Notes: generated by a model from the sequence alone, not told the origin. A stretch of 64,000 bases of DNA from Tubulanus polymorphus (GCF_964204645.1 NC_134035.1:7906451-7970450); one strand, 5' to 3'. Positions 12,791 through 26,864 are shown, counted from the stretch's first letter. Numbers and translations are program-made.

Positions 12791-13226
12791 AACAAAACGT
12801 ATCAATCTAACCGTTTTGATATTACCTTCTCGATAGGATCGCCACCTCAGCGAGGCATCCACTTTTTATGTCTCTTTTAACACAGTTTCAATTGCTCAAC
12901 TGATAAAACCAGGTACAATTATCCATTCGCTCCATCGAAAGATGTAGAAACAAACGCCTTTCCCTTCGCTCAAGGATCGGCGTTGAATAAGGCGGAGGAA
13001 ACTATGAGAACTGCTACTTAGCAACACAATCTGTGACGTCACATTACCAGAAAACATCCAATCTTCTATCTAACAAAGTATCGATTTGGGAATATATCTG
13101 CGACAACAAAATTTTGACAGCTTCGTTCAACTAATGGCGAAAACAAACAAGCAAATAAACAAACAAATAAACGGCTGTTTGCGAGTGCTTTTAATTTTTG
13201 AAATAAATCGAGCAAAATTTGAAAAA

Positions 13227-13345
13227 AGTCTACAGCACCCGGTATTCCCAGGCGGTCACCCATCCAAGTACTAACCGGGCCCGACGTTGCTTAACTTCGG
13301 TGATCGGACGAGAACCGGTGCTTTCAACGTGGTATGGCCGTAGAC
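13227..13345 (-). rRNA. 5S rRNA copy 25
   Basis: Same sequence as copy 1. Confidence 0.98.
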
Positions 13346-13783
13346 AACAAAACGTATCAATCTAACCGTTTTGATATTACCTTCTCGATAGGATCGCCAC
13401 CTCAGCGAGGCATCCACTTTTTATGTCTCTTTTAACACAGTTTCAATTGCTCAACTGATAAAACCAGGTACAATTATCCATTCGCTCCATCGAAAGATGT
13501 AGAAACAAACGCCTTTCCCTTCGCTCAAGGATCGGCGTTGAATAAGGCGGAGGAAACTATGAGAACAGCTACTTAGCAACACAATCTGTGACGTCACATT
13601 ACCAGAAAACATCCAATCTTCTATCTCTAACAAAGTATCGATTTGGGAATATATCTGCGACAACAAAATTTTGACGGCTTCGTTCAACTAATGGCGAAAA
13701 CGAACAAGCAAATAAACAAACAAATAAACGGCTGTTTACGAGTGCTTTTAATTTTTGAAATAAATCGAGCAAAATTTGAAAAA

Positions 13784-13902
13784 AGTCTACAGCACCCGGT
13801 ATTCCCAGGCGGTCACCCATCCAAGTACTAACCGGGCCCGACGTTGCTTAACTTCGGTGATCGGACGAGAACCGGTGCTTTCAACGTGGTATGGCCGTAG
13901 AC
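13784..13902 (-). rRNA. 5S rRNA copy 26
   Basis: Same sequence as copy 1. Confidence 0.98.
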
Positions 13903-14340
13903 AACAAAACGTATCAATCTAACCGTTTTGATATTACCTTCTCGATAGGATCGCCACCTCAGCGAGGCATCCACTTTTTATGTCTCTTTTAACACAGTTT
14001 CAATTGCTCAACTGATAAAACCAGGTACAATTATCCATTCGCTCCATCGAAAGATGTAGAAACAAACGCCTTTCCCTTCGCTCAAGGATCGGCGTTGAAT
14101 AAGGCGGAGGAAACTATGAGAACAGCTACTTAGCAACACAATCTGTGACGTCACATTACCAGAAAACATCCAATCTTCTATCTCTAACAAAGTATCGATT
14201 TGGGAATATATCTGCGACAACAAAATTTTGACGGCTTCGTTCAACTAATGGCGAAAACGAACAAGCAAATAAACAAACAAATAAACGGCTGTTTACGAGT
14301 GCTTTTAATTTTTGAAATAAATCGAGCAAAATTTGAAAAA

Positions 14341-14459
14341 AGTCTACAGCACCCGGTATTCCCAGGCGGTCACCCATCCAAGTACTAACCGGGCCCGACG
14401 TTGCTTAACTTCGGTGATCGGACGAGAACCGGTGCTTTCAACGTGGTATGGCCGTAGAC
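14341..14459 (-). rRNA. 5S rRNA copy 27
   Basis: Same sequence as copy 1. Confidence 0.98.
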
Positions 14460-14866
14460 AACAAAACGTATCAATCTAACCGTTTTGATATTACCTTCAC
14501 TTTTTATGTCTCTTTTAACACAGTTTCAATTGCTCAACTGATAAAACCAGGTACAATTATCCATTCGCTCCATCGAAAGATGTAGAAACAAACGCCTTTC
14601 CCTTCGCTCAAGGATCGGCGTTGAATAAGGCGGAGGAAACTATGAGAACAGCTACTTAGCAACACAATCTGTGACGTCACATTACCAGAAAACATCCAAT
14701 CTTCTATCTCTAACAAAGTATCGATTTGGGAATATATCTGCGACAACAAAATTTTGACGGCTTCGTTCAACTAATGGCGAAAACGAACAAGCAAATAAAC
14801 AAACAAATAAACGGCTGTTTACGAGTGCTTTTAATTTTTGAAATAAATCGAGCAAAATTTGAAAAA

Positions 14867-14985
14867 AGTCTACAGCACCCGGTATTCCCAGGCGGTCACC
14901 CATCCAAGTACTAACCGGGCCCGACGTTGCTTAACTTCGGTGATCGGACGAGAACCGGTGCTTTCAACGTGGTATGGCCGTAGAC
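14867..14985 (-). rRNA. 5S rRNA copy 28
   Basis: Same sequence as copy 1. Confidence 0.98.
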
Positions 14986-15423
14986 AACAAAACGTATCAA
15001 TCTAACCGTTTTGATATTACCTTCTCGATAGGATCGCCACCTCAGCGAGGCATCCACTATTTATGTCTCTTTTAACACAGTTTCAATTGCTCAACTGATA
15101 AAACCAGGTACAATTATCCATTCGCTCCATCGAAAGATGTAGAAACAAACGCCTTTCCCTTCGCTCAAGGATCGGCGTTGAATAAGGCGGAGGAAACTAT
15201 GAGAACAGCTACTTAGCAACACAATCTGTGACGTCACATTACCAGAAAACATCCAATCTTCTATCTATAACAAAGTATCGATTTGGGAATATATCTGCGA
15301 CAACAAAATTTTGACGGCTTCGTTCAACTAATGGCGAAAACGAACAAGCAAATAAACAAACAAATAAACGGCTGTTTACGAGTGCTTTTAATTTTTGAAA
15401 TAAATCGAGCAAAATTTGAAAAA

Positions 15424-15542
15424 AGTCTACAGCACCCGGTATTCCCAGGCGGTCACCCATCCAAGTACTAACCGGGCCCGACGTTGCTTAACTTCGGTGA
15501 TCGGACGAGAACCGGTGCTTTCAACGTGGTATGGCCGTAGAC
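15424..15542 (-). rRNA. 5S rRNA copy 29
   Basis: Same sequence as copy 1. Confidence 0.98.
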
Positions 15543-15949
15543 AACAAAACGTATCAATCTAACCGTTTTGATATTACCTTCACTTTTTATGTCTCTTTTA
15601 ACACAGTTTCAATTGCTCAACTGATAAAACCAGGTACAATTATCCATTCGCTCCATCGAAAGATGTAGAAACAAACGCCTTTCCCTTCGCTCAAGGATCG
15701 GCGTTGAATAAGGCGGAGGAAACTATGAGAACAGCTACTTAGCAACACAATCTGTGACGTCACATTACCAGAAAACATCCAATCTTCTATCTCTAACAAA
15801 GTATCGATTTGGGAATATATCTGCGACAACAAAATTTTGACGGCTTCGTTCAACTAATGGCGAAAACGAACAAGCAAATAAACAAACAAATAAACGGCTG
15901 TTTACGAGTGCTTTTAATTTTTGAAATAAATCGAGCAAAATTTGAAAAA

Positions 15950-16068
15950 AGTCTACAGCACCCGGTATTCCCAGGCGGTCACCCATCCAAGTACTAACCG
16001 GGCCCGACGTTGCTTAACTTCGGTGATCGGACGAGAACCGGTGCTTTCAACGTGGTATGGCCGTAGAC
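15950..16068 (-). rRNA. 5S rRNA copy 30
   Basis: Same sequence as copy 1. Confidence 0.98.
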
Positions 16069-16506
16069 AACAAAACGTATCAATCTAACCGTTTTGATAT
16101 TACCTTCTCGATAGGATCGCCACCTCAGCGAGGCATCCACTTTTTATGTCTCTTTTAACACAGTTTCAATTGCTCAACTGATAAAACCAGGTACAATTAT
16201 CCATTCGCTCCATCGAAAGATGTAGAAACAAACGCCTTTCCCTTCGCTCAAGGATCGGCGTTGAATAAGGCGGAGGAAACTATGAGAACAGCTACTTAGC
16301 AACACAATCTGTGACGTCACATTACCAGAAAACATCCAATCTTCTATCTCTAACAAAGTATCGATTTGGGAATATATCTGCGACAACAAAATTTTGACGG
16401 CTTCGTTCAACTAATGGCGAAAACGAACAAGCAAATAAACAAACAAATAAACGGCTGTTTACGAGTGCTTTTAATTTTTGAAATAAATCGAGCAAAATTT
16501 GAAAAA

Positions 16507-16625
16507 AGTCTACAGCACCCGGTATTCCCAGGCGGTCACCCATCCAAGTACTAACCGGGCCCGACGTTGCTTAACTTCGGTGATCGGACGAGAACCGGTG
16601 CTTTCAACGTGGTATGGCCGTAGAC
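16507..16625 (-). rRNA. 5S rRNA copy 31
   Basis: Same sequence as copy 1. Confidence 0.98.
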
Positions 16626-17032
16626 AACAAAACGTATCAATCTAACCGTTTTGATATTACCTTCACTTTTTATGTCTCTTTTAACACAGTTTCAATTGCT
16701 CAACTGATAAAACCAGGTACAATTATCCATTCGCTCCATCGAAAGATGTAGAAACAAACGCCTTTCCCTTCGCTCAAGGATCGGCGTTGAATAAGGCGGA
16801 GGAAACTATGAGAACAGCTACTTAGCAACACAATCTGTGACGTCACATTACCAGAAAACATCCAATCTTCTATCTCTAACAAAGTATCGATTTGGGAATA
16901 TATCTGCGACAACAAAATTTTGACGGCTTCGTTCAACTAATGGCGAAAACGAACAAGCAAATAAACAAACAAATAAACGGCTGTTTACGAGTGCTTTTAA
17001 TTTTTGAAATAAATCGAGCAAAATTTGAAAAA

Positions 17033-17151
17033 AGTCTACAGCACCCGGTATTCCCAGGCGGTCACCCATCCAAGTACTAACCGGGCCCGACGTTGCTTAA
17101 CTTCGGTGATCGGACGAGAACCGGTGCTTTCAACGTGGTATGGCCGTAGAC
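17033..17151 (-). rRNA. 5S rRNA copy 32
   Basis: Same sequence as copy 1. Confidence 0.98.
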
Positions 17152-17558
17152 AACAAAACGTATCAATCTAACCGTTTTGATATTACCTTCACTTTTTATG
17201 TCTCTTTTAACACAGTTTCAATTGCTCAACTGATAAAACCAGGTACAATTATCCATTCGCTCCATCGAAAGATGTAGAAACAAACGCCTTTCCCTTCGCT
17301 CAAGGATCGGCGTTGAATAAGGCGGAGGAAACTATGAGAACAGCTACTTAGCAACACAATCTGTGACGTCACATTACCAGAAAACATCCAATCTTCTATC
17401 TCTAACAAAGTATCGATTTGGGAATATATCTGCGACAACAAAATTTTGACGGCTTCGTTCAACTAATGGCGAAAACGAACAAGCAAATAAACAAACAAAT
17501 AAACGGCTGTTTACGAGTGCTTTTAATTTTTGAAATAAATCGAGCAAAATTTGAAAAA

Positions 17559-17677
17559 AGTCTACAGCACCCGGTATTCCCAGGCGGTCACCCATCCAAG
17601 TACTAACCGGGCCCGACGTTGCTTAACTTCGGTGATCGGACGAGAACCGGTGCTTTCAACGTGGTATGGCCGTAGAC
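17559..17677 (-). rRNA. 5S rRNA copy 33
   Basis: Same sequence as copy 1. Confidence 0.98.
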
Positions 17678-18115
17678 AACAAAACGTATCAATCTAACCG
17701 TTTTGATATTACCTTCTCGATAGGATCGCCACCTCAGCGAGGCATCCACTTTTTATGTCTCTTTTAACACAGTTTCAATTGCTCAACTGATAAAACCAGG
17801 TACAATTATCCATTCGCTCCATCGAAAGATGTAGAAACAAACGCCTTTCCCTTCGCTCAAGGATCGGCGTTGAATAAGGCGGAGGAAACTATGAGAACAG
17901 CTACTTAGCAACACAATCTGTGACGTCACATTACCAGAAAACATCCAATCTTCTATCTATAACAAAGTATCGATTTGGGAATATATCTGCGACAACAAAA
18001 TTTTGACGGCTTCGTTCAACTAATGGCGAAAACGAACAAGCAAATAAACAAACAAATAAACGGCTGTTTACGAGTGCTTTTAATTTTTGAAATAAATCGA
18101 GCAAAATTTGAAAAA

Positions 18116-18234
18116 AGTCTACAGCACCCGGTATTCCCAGGCGGTCACCCATCCAAGTACTAACCGGGCCCGACGTTGCTTAACTTCGGTGATCGGACGA
18201 GAACCGGTGCTTTCAACGTGGTATGGCCGTAGAC
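18116..18234 (-). rRNA. 5S rRNA copy 34
   Basis: Same sequence as copy 1. Confidence 0.98.
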
Positions 18235-18670
18235 AACAAAACGTATCAATCTAACCGTTTTGATATTACCTTCTCGATAGGATCGCCACCTCAGCGAGGC
18301 GTCCACTTTTTATGTCTCTTTTAACAGAGTTTCAATTGCTCAACTGATAAAACCAGGTACAATTATCCATTCGCTCCATCGAAAGATGTAGAAACAAACG
18401 CCTTTCCCGTCGCTCAAGGATCGGCGTTGAATAAGGCGGAGGAAACTATGAGAACAGCTACTTAGCAACACAATCTGTGACGTCACATTACCAGAAAACA
18501 TCCAATCTTCTATCTAACAAAGTATCGATTTGGGAATATATCTGCGACAACAAAATTTTGACAGCTTCGTTCAACTAATGGCGAAAACAAACAAGCAAAT
18601 AAACAAACAAATAAACGGCTGTTTGCGAGTGCTTTTAATTTTTGAAATAAATCGAGCAAAATTTGAAAAA

Positions 18671-18789
18671 AGTCTACAGCACCCGGTATTCCCAGGCGGT
18701 CACCCATCCAAGTACTAACCGGGCCCGACGTTGCTTAACTTCGGTGATCGGACGAGAACCGGTGCTTTCAACGTGGTATGGCCGTAGAC
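18671..18789 (-). rRNA. 5S rRNA copy 35
   Basis: Same sequence as copy 1. Confidence 0.98.
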
Positions 18790-19227
18790 AACAAAACGTA
18801 TCAATCTAACCGTTTTGATATTACCTTCTCGATAGGATCGCCACCTCAGCGAGGCATCCACTTTTTATGTCTCTTTTAACACAGTTTCAATTGCTCAACT
18901 GATAAAACCAGGTACAATTATCCATTCGCTCCATCGAAAGATGTAGAAACAAACGCCTTTCCCTTCGCTCAAGGATCGGCGTTGAATAAGGCGGAGGAAA
19001 CTATGAGAACAGCTACTTAGCAACACAATCTGTGACGTCACATTACCAGAAAACATCCAATCTTCTATCTCTAACAAAGTATCGATTTGGGAATATATCT
19101 GCGACAACAAAATTTTGACGGCTTCGTTCAACTAATGGCGAAAACGAACAAGCAAATAAACAAACAAATAAACGGCTGTTTACGAGTGCTTTTAATTTTT
19201 GAAATAAATCGAGCAAAATTTGAAAAA

Positions 19228-19346
19228 AGTCTACAGCACCCGGTATTCCCAGGCGGTCACCCATCCAAGTACTAACCGGGCCCGACGTTGCTTAACTTCG
19301 GTGATCGGACGAGAACCGGTGCTTTCAACGTGGTATGGCCGTAGAC
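19228..19346 (-). rRNA. 5S rRNA copy 36
   Basis: Same sequence as copy 1. Confidence 0.98.
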
Positions 19347-19784
19347 AACAAAACGTATCAATCTAACCGTTTTGATATTACCTTCTCGATAGGATCGCCA
19401 CCTCAGCGAGGCATCCACTTTTTATGTCTCTTTTAACACAGTTTCAATTGCTCAACTGATAAAACCAGGTACAATTATCCATTCGCTCCATCGAAAGATG
19501 TAGAAACAAACGCCTTTCCCTTCGCTCAAGGATCGGCGTTGAATAAGGCGGAGGAAACTATGAGAACAGCTACTTAGCAACACAATCTGTGACGTCACAT
19601 TACCAGAAAACATCCAATCTTCTATCTCTAACAAAGTATCGATTTGGGAATATATCTGCGACAACAAAATTTTGACGGCTTCGTTCAACTAATGGCGAAA
19701 ACGAACAAGCAAATAAACAAACAAATAAACGGCTGTTTACGAGTGCTTTTAATTTTTGAAATAAATCGAGCAAAATTTGAAAAA

Positions 19785-19903
19785 AGTCTACAGCACCCGG
19801 TATTCCCAGGCGGTCACCCATCCAAGTACTAACCGGGCCCGACGTTGCTTAACTTCGGTGATCGGACGAGAACCGGTGCTTTCAACGTGGTATGGCCGTA
19901 GAC
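19785..19903 (-). rRNA. 5S rRNA copy 37
   Basis: Same sequence as copy 1. Confidence 0.98.
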
Positions 19904-20339
19904 AACAAAACGTATCAATCTAACCGTTTTGATATTACCTTCTCGATAGGATCGCCACCTCAGCGAGGCGTCCACTTTTTATGTCTCTTTTAACAGAGTT
20001 TCAATTGCTCAACTGATAAAACCAGGTACAATTATCCATTCGCTCCATCGAAAGATGTAGAAACAAACGCCTTTCCCGTCGCTCAAGGATCGGCGTTGAA
20101 TAAGGCGGAGGAAACTATGAGAACAGCTACTTAGCAACACAATCTGTGACGTCACATTACCAGAAAACATCCAATCTTCTATCTAACAAAGTATCGATTT
20201 GGGAATATATCTGCGACAACAAAATTTTGACAGCTTCGTTCAACTAATGGCGAAAACAAACAAGCAAATAAACAAACAAATAAACGGCTGTTTGCGAGTG
20301 CTTTTAATTTTTGAAATAAATCGAGCAAAATTTGAAAAA

Positions 20340-20458
20340 AGTCTACAGCACCCGGTATTCCCAGGCGGTCACCCATCCAAGTACTAACCGGGCCCGACGT
20401 TGCTTAACTTCGGTGATCGGACGAGAACCGGTGCTTTCAACGTGGTATGGCCGTAGAC
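20340..20458 (-). rRNA. 5S rRNA copy 38
   Basis: Same sequence as copy 1. Confidence 0.98.
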
Positions 20459-20896
20459 AACAAAACGTATCAATCTAACCGTTTTGATATTACCTTCTCG
20501 ATAGGATCGCCACCTCAGCGAGGCATCCACTTTTTATGTCTCTTTTAACACAGTTTCAATTGCTCAACTGATAAAACCAGGTACAATTATCCATTCGCTC
20601 CATCGAAAGATGTAGAAACAAACGCCTTTCCCTTCGCTCAAGGATCGGCGTTGAATAAGGCGGAGGAAACTATGAGAACAGCTACTTAGCAACACAATCT
20701 GTGACGTCACATTACCAGAAAACATCCAATCTTCTATCTCTAACAAAGTATCGATTTGGGAATATATCTGCGACAACAAAATTTTGACGGCTTCGTTCAA
20801 CTAATGGCGAAAACGAACAAGCAAATAAACAAACAAATAAACGGCTGTTTACGAGTGCTTTTAATTTTTGAAATAAATCGAGCAAAATTTGAAAAA

Positions 20897-21015
20897 AGTC
20901 TACAGCACCCGGTATTCCCAGGCGGTCACCCATCCAAGTACTAACCGGGCCCGACGTTGCTTAACTTCGGTGATCGGACGAGAACCGGTGCTTTCAACGT
21001 GGTATGGCCGTAGAC
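20897..21015 (-). rRNA. 5S rRNA copy 39
   Basis: Same sequence as copy 1. Confidence 0.98.
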
Positions 21016-21422
21016 AACAAAACGTATCAATCTAACCGTTTTGATATTACCTTCACTTTTTATGTCTCTTTTAACACAGTTTCAATTGCTCAACTGATAA
21101 AACCAGGTACAATTATCCATTCGCTCCATCGAAAGATGTAGAAACAAACGCCTTTCCCTTCGCTCAAGGATCGGCGTTGAATAAGGCGGAGGAAACTATG
21201 AGAACAGCTACTTAGCAACACAATCTGTGACGTCACATTACCAGAAAACATCCAATCTTCTATCTCTAACAAAGTATCGATTTGGGAATATATCTGCGAC
21301 AACAAAATTTTGACGGCTTCGTTCAACTAATGGCGAAAACGAACAAGCAAATAAACAAACAAATAAACGGCTGTTTACGAGTGCTTTTAATTTTTGAAAT
21401 AAATCGAGCAAAATTTGAAAAA

Positions 21423-21541
21423 AGTCTACAGCACCCGGTATTCCCAGGCGGTCACCCATCCAAGTACTAACCGGGCCCGACGTTGCTTAACTTCGGTGAT
21501 CGGACGAGAACCGGTGCTTTCAACGTGGTATGGCCGTAGAC
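21423..21541 (-). rRNA. 5S rRNA copy 40
   Basis: Same sequence as copy 1. Confidence 0.98.
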
Positions 21542-21948
21542 AACAAAACGTATCAATCTAACCGTTTTGATATTACCTTCACTTTTTATGTCTCTTTTAA
21601 CACAGTTTCAATTGCTCAACTGATAAAACCAGGTACAATTATCCATTCGCTCCATCGAAAGATGTAGAAACAAACGCCTTTCCCTTCGCTCAAGGATCGG
21701 CGTTGAATAAGGCGGAGGAAACTATGAGAACAGCTACTTAGCAACACAATCTGTGACGTCACATTACCAGAAAACATCCAATCTTCTATCTCTAACAAAG
21801 TATCGATTTGGGAATATATCTGCGACAACAAAATTTTGACGGCTTCGTTCAACTAATGGCGAAAACGAACAAGCAAATAAACAAACAAATAAACGGCTGT
21901 TTACGAGTGCTTTTAATTTTTGAAATAAATCGAGCAAAATTTGAAAAA

Positions 21949-22067
21949 AGTCTACAGCACCCGGTATTCCCAGGCGGTCACCCATCCAAGTACTAACCGG
22001 GCCCGACGTTGCTTAACTTCGGTGATCGGACGAGAACCGGTGCTTTCAACGTGGTATGGCCGTAGAC
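21949..22067 (-). rRNA. 5S rRNA copy 41
   Basis: Same sequence as copy 1. Confidence 0.98.
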
Positions 22068-22505
22068 AACAAAACGTATCAATCTAACCGTTTTGATATT
22101 ACCTTCTCGATAGGATCGCCACCTCAGCGAGGCATCCACTTTTTATGTCTCTTTTAACACAGTTTCAATTGCTCAACTGATAAAACCAGGTACAATTATC
22201 CATTCGCTCCATCGAAAGATGTAGAAACAAACGCCTTTCCCTTCGCTCAAGGATCGGCGTTGAATAAGGCGGAGGAAACTATGAGAACAGCTACTTAGCA
22301 ACACAATCTGTGACGTCACATTACCAGAAAACATCCAATCTTCTATCTCTAACAAAGTATCGATTTGGGAATATATCTGCGACAACAAAATTTTGACGGC
22401 TTCGTTCAACTAATGGCGAAAACGAACAAGCAAATAAACAAACAAATAAACGGCTGTTTACGAGTGCTTTTAATTTTTGAAATAAATCGAGCAAAATTTG
22501 AAAAA

Positions 22506-22624
22506 AGTCTACAGCACCCGGTATTCCCAGGCGGTCACCCATCCAAGTACTAACCGGGCCCGACGTTGCTTAACTTCGGTGATCGGACGAGAACCGGTGC
22601 TTTCAACGTGGTATGGCCGTAGAC
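22506..22624 (-). rRNA. 5S rRNA copy 42
   Basis: Same sequence as copy 1. Confidence 0.98.
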
Positions 22625-23060
22625 AACAAAACGTATCAATCTAACCGTTTTGATATTACCTTCTCGATAGGATCGCCACCTCAGCGAGGCGTCCACTTTT
22701 TATGTCTCTTTTAACAGAGTTTCAATTGCTCAACTGATAAAACCAGGTACAATTATCCATTCGCTCCATCGAAAGATGTAGAAACAAACGCCTTTCCCGT
22801 CGCTCAAGGATCGGCGTTGAATAAGGCGGAGGAAACTATGAGAACAGCTACTTAGCAACACAATCTGTGACGTCACATTACCAGAAAACATCCAATCTTC
22901 TATCTAACAAAGTATCGATTTGGGAATATATCTGCGACAACAAAATTTTGACAGCTTCGTTCAACTAATGGCGAAAACAAACAAGCAAATAAACAAACAA
23001 ATAAACGGCTGTTTGCGAGTGCTTTTAATTTTTGAAATAAATCGAGCAAAATTTGAAAAA

Positions 23061-23179
23061 AGTCTACAGCACCCGGTATTCCCAGGCGGTCACCCATCCA
23101 AGTACTAACCGGGCCCGACGTTGCTTAACTTCGGTGATCGGACGAGAACCGGTGCTTTCAACGTGGTATGGCCGTAGAC
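23061..23179 (-). rRNA. 5S rRNA copy 43
   Basis: Same sequence as copy 1. Confidence 0.98.
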
Positions 23180-23617
23180 AACAAAACGTATCAATCTAAC
23201 CGTTTTGATATTACCTTCTCGATAGGATCGCCACCTCAGCGAGGCATCCACTTTTTATGTCTCTTTTAACACAGTTTCAATTGCTCAACTGATAAAACCA
23301 GGTACAATTATCCATTCGCTCCATCGAAAGATGTAGAAACAAACGCCTTTCCCTTCGCTCAAGGATCGGCGTTGAATAAGGCGGAGGAAACTATGAGAAC
23401 AGCTACTTAGCAACACAATCTGTGACGTCACATTACCAGAAAACATCCAATCTTCTATCTCTAACAAAGTATCGATTTGGGAATATATCTGCGACAACAA
23501 AATTTTGACGGCTTCGTTCAACTAATGGCGAAAACGAACAAGCAAATAAACAAACAAATAAACGGCTGTTTACGAGTGCTTTTAATTTTTGAAATAAATC
23601 GAGCAAAATTTGAAAAA

Positions 23618-23736
23618 AGTCTACAGCACCCGGTATTCCCAGGCGGTCACCCATCCAAGTACTAACCGGGCCCGACGTTGCTTAACTTCGGTGATCGGAC
23701 GAGAACCGGTGCTTTCAACGTGGTATGGCCGTAGAC
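23618..23736 (-). rRNA. 5S rRNA copy 44
   Basis: Same sequence as copy 1. Confidence 0.98.
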
Positions 23737-24143
23737 AACAAAACGTATCAATCTAACCGTTTTGATATTACCTTCACTTTTTATGTCTCTTTTAACACAG
23801 TTTCAATTGCTCAACTGATAAAACCAGGTACAATTATCCATTCGCTCCATCGAAAGATGTAGAAACAAACGCCTTTCCCTTCGCTCAAGGATCGGCGTTG
23901 AATAAGGCGGAGGAAACTATGAGAACAGCTACTTAGCAACACAATCTGTGACGTCACATTACCAGAAAACATCCAATCTTCTATCTCTAACAAAGTATCG
24001 ATTTGGGAATATATCTGCGACAACAAAATTTTGACGGCTTCGTTCAACTAATGGCGAAAACGAACAAGCAAATAAACAAACAAATAAACGGCTGTTTACG
24101 AGTGCTTTTAATTTTTGAAATAAATCGAGCAAAATTTGAAAAA

Positions 24144-24262
24144 AGTCTACAGCACCCGGTATTCCCAGGCGGTCACCCATCCAAGTACTAACCGGGCCCG
24201 ACGTTGCTTAACTTCGGTGATCGGACGAGAACCGGTGCTTTCAACGTGGTATGGCCGTAGAC
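24144..24262 (-). rRNA. 5S rRNA copy 45
   Basis: Same sequence as copy 1. Confidence 0.98.
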
Positions 24263-24669
24263 AACAAAACGTATCAATCTAACCGTTTTGATATTACCTT
24301 CACTTTTTATGTCTCTTTTAACACAGTTTCAATTGCTCAACTGATAAAACCAGGTACAATTATCCATTCGCTCCATCGAAAGATGTAGAAACAAACGCCT
24401 TTCCCTTCGCTCAAGGATCGGCGTTGAATAAGGCGGAGGAAACTATGAGAACAGCTACTTAGCAACACAATCTGTGACGTCACATTACCAGAAAACATCC
24501 AATCTTCTATCTCTAACAAAGTATCGATTTGGGAATATATCTGCGACAACAAAATTTTGACGGCTTCGTTCAACTAATGGCGAAAACGAACAAGCAAATA
24601 AACAAACAAATAAACGGCTGTTTACGAGTGCTTTTAATTTTTGAAATAAATCGAGCAAAATTTGAAAAA

Positions 24670-24788
24670 AGTCTACAGCACCCGGTATTCCCAGGCGGTC
24701 ACCCATCCAAGTACTAACCGGGCCCGACGTTGCTTAACTTCGGTGATCGGACGAGAACCGGTGCTTTCAACGTGGTATGGCCGTAGAC
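24670..24788 (-). rRNA. 5S rRNA copy 46
   Basis: Same sequence as copy 1. Confidence 0.98.
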
Positions 24789-25226
24789 AACAAAACGTAT
24801 CAATCTAACCGTTTTGATATTACCTTCTCGATAGGATCGCCACCTCAGCGAGGCATCCACTTTTTATGTCTCTTTTAACACAGTTTCAATTGCTCAACTG
24901 ATAAAACCAGGTACAATTATCCATTCGCTCCATCGAAAGATGTAGAAACAAACGCCTTTCCCTTCGCTCAAGGATCGGCGTTGAATAAGGCGGAGGAAAC
25001 TATGAGAACAGCTACTTAGCAACACAATCTGTGACGTCACATTACCAGAAAACATCCAATCTTCTATCTCTAACAAAGTATCGATTTGGGAATATATCTG
25101 CGACAACAAAATTTTGACGGCTTCGTTCAACTAATGGCGAAAACGAACAAGCAAATAAACAAACAAATAAACGGCTGTTTACGAGTGCTTTTAATTTTTG
25201 AAATAAATCGAGCAAAATTTGAAAAA

Positions 25227-25345
25227 AGTCTACAGCACCCGGTATTCCCAGGCGGTCACCCATCCAAGTACTAACCGGGCCCGACGTTGCTTAACTTCGG
25301 TGATCGGACGAGAACCGGTGCTTTCAACGTGGTATGGCCGTAGAC
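25227..25345 (-). rRNA. 5S rRNA copy 47
   Basis: Same sequence as copy 1. Confidence 0.98.
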
Positions 25346-25781
25346 AACAAAACGTATCAATCTAACCGTTTTGATATTACCTTCTCGATAGGATCGCCAC
25401 CTCAGCGAGGCGTCCACTTTTTATGTCTCTTTTAACAGAGTTTCAATTGCTCAACTGATAAAACCAGGTACAATTATCCATTCGCTCCATCGAAAGATGT
25501 AGAAACAAACGCCTTTCCCTTCGCTCAAGGATCGGCGTTGAATAAGGCGGAGGAAACTATGAGAACAGCTACTTAGCAACACAATCTGTGACGTCACATT
25601 ACCAGAAAACATCCAATCTTCTATCTAACAAAGTATCGATTTGGGAATATATCTGCGACAACAAAATTTTGACAGCTTCGTTCAACTAATGGCGAAAACA
25701 AACAAGCAAATAAACAAACAAATAAACGGCTGTTTGCGAGTGCTTTTAATTTTTGAAATAAATCGAGCAAAATTTGAAAAA

Positions 25782-25900
25782 AGTCTACAGCACCCGGTAT
25801 TCCCAGGCGGTCACCCATCCAAGTACTAACCGGGCCCGACGTTGCTTAACTTCGGTGATCGGACGAGAACCGGTGCTTTCAACGTGGTATGGCCGTAGAC
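25782..25900 (-). rRNA. 5S rRNA copy 48
   Basis: Same sequence as copy 1. Confidence 0.98.
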
Positions 25901-26338
25901 AACAAAACGTATCAATCTAACCGTTTTGATATTACCTTCTCGATAGGATCGCCACCTCAGCGAGGCATCCACTTTTTATGTCTCTTTTAACACAGTTTCA
26001 ATTGCTCAACTGATAAAACCAGGTACAATTATCCATTCGCTCCATCGAAAGATGTAGAAACAAACGCCTTTCCCTTCGCTCAAGGATCGGCGTTGAATAA
26101 GGCGGAGGAAACTATGAGAACAGCTACTTAGCAACACAATCTGTGACGTCACATTACCAGAAAACATCCAATCTTCTATCTCTAACAAAGTATCGATTTG
26201 GGAATATATCTGCGACAACAAAATTTTGACGGCTTCGTTCAACTAATGGCGAAAACGAACAAGCAAATAAACAAACAAATAAACGGCTGTTTACGAGTGC
26301 TTTTAATTTTTGAAATAAATCGAGCAAAATTTGAAAAA

Positions 26339-26457
26339 AGTCTACAGCACCCGGTATTCCCAGGCGGTCACCCATCCAAGTACTAACCGGGCCCGACGTT
26401 GCTTAACTTCGGTGATCGGACGAGAACCGGTGCTTTCAACGTGGTATGGCCGTAGAC
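26339..26457 (-). rRNA. 5S rRNA copy 49
   Basis: Same sequence as copy 1. Confidence 0.98.
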
Positions 26458-26864
26458 AACAAAACGTATCAATCTAACCGTTTTGATATTACCTTCACTT
26501 TTTATGTCTCTTTTAACACAGTTTCAATTGCTCAACTGATAAAACCAGGTACAATTATCCATTCGCTCCATCGAAAGATGTAGAAACAAACGCCTTTCCC
26601 TTCGCTCAAGGATCGGCGTTGAATAAGGCGGAGGAAACTATGAGAACAGCTACTTAGCAACACAATCTGTGACGTCACATTACCAGAAAACATCCAATCT
26701 TCTATCTCTAACAAAGTATCGATTTGGGAATATATCTGCGACAACAAAATTTTGACGGCTTCGTTCAACTAATGGCGAAAACGAACAAGCAAATAAACAA
26801 ACAAATAAACGGCTGTTTACGAGTGCTTTTAATTTTTGAAATAAATCGAGCAAAATTTGAAAAA

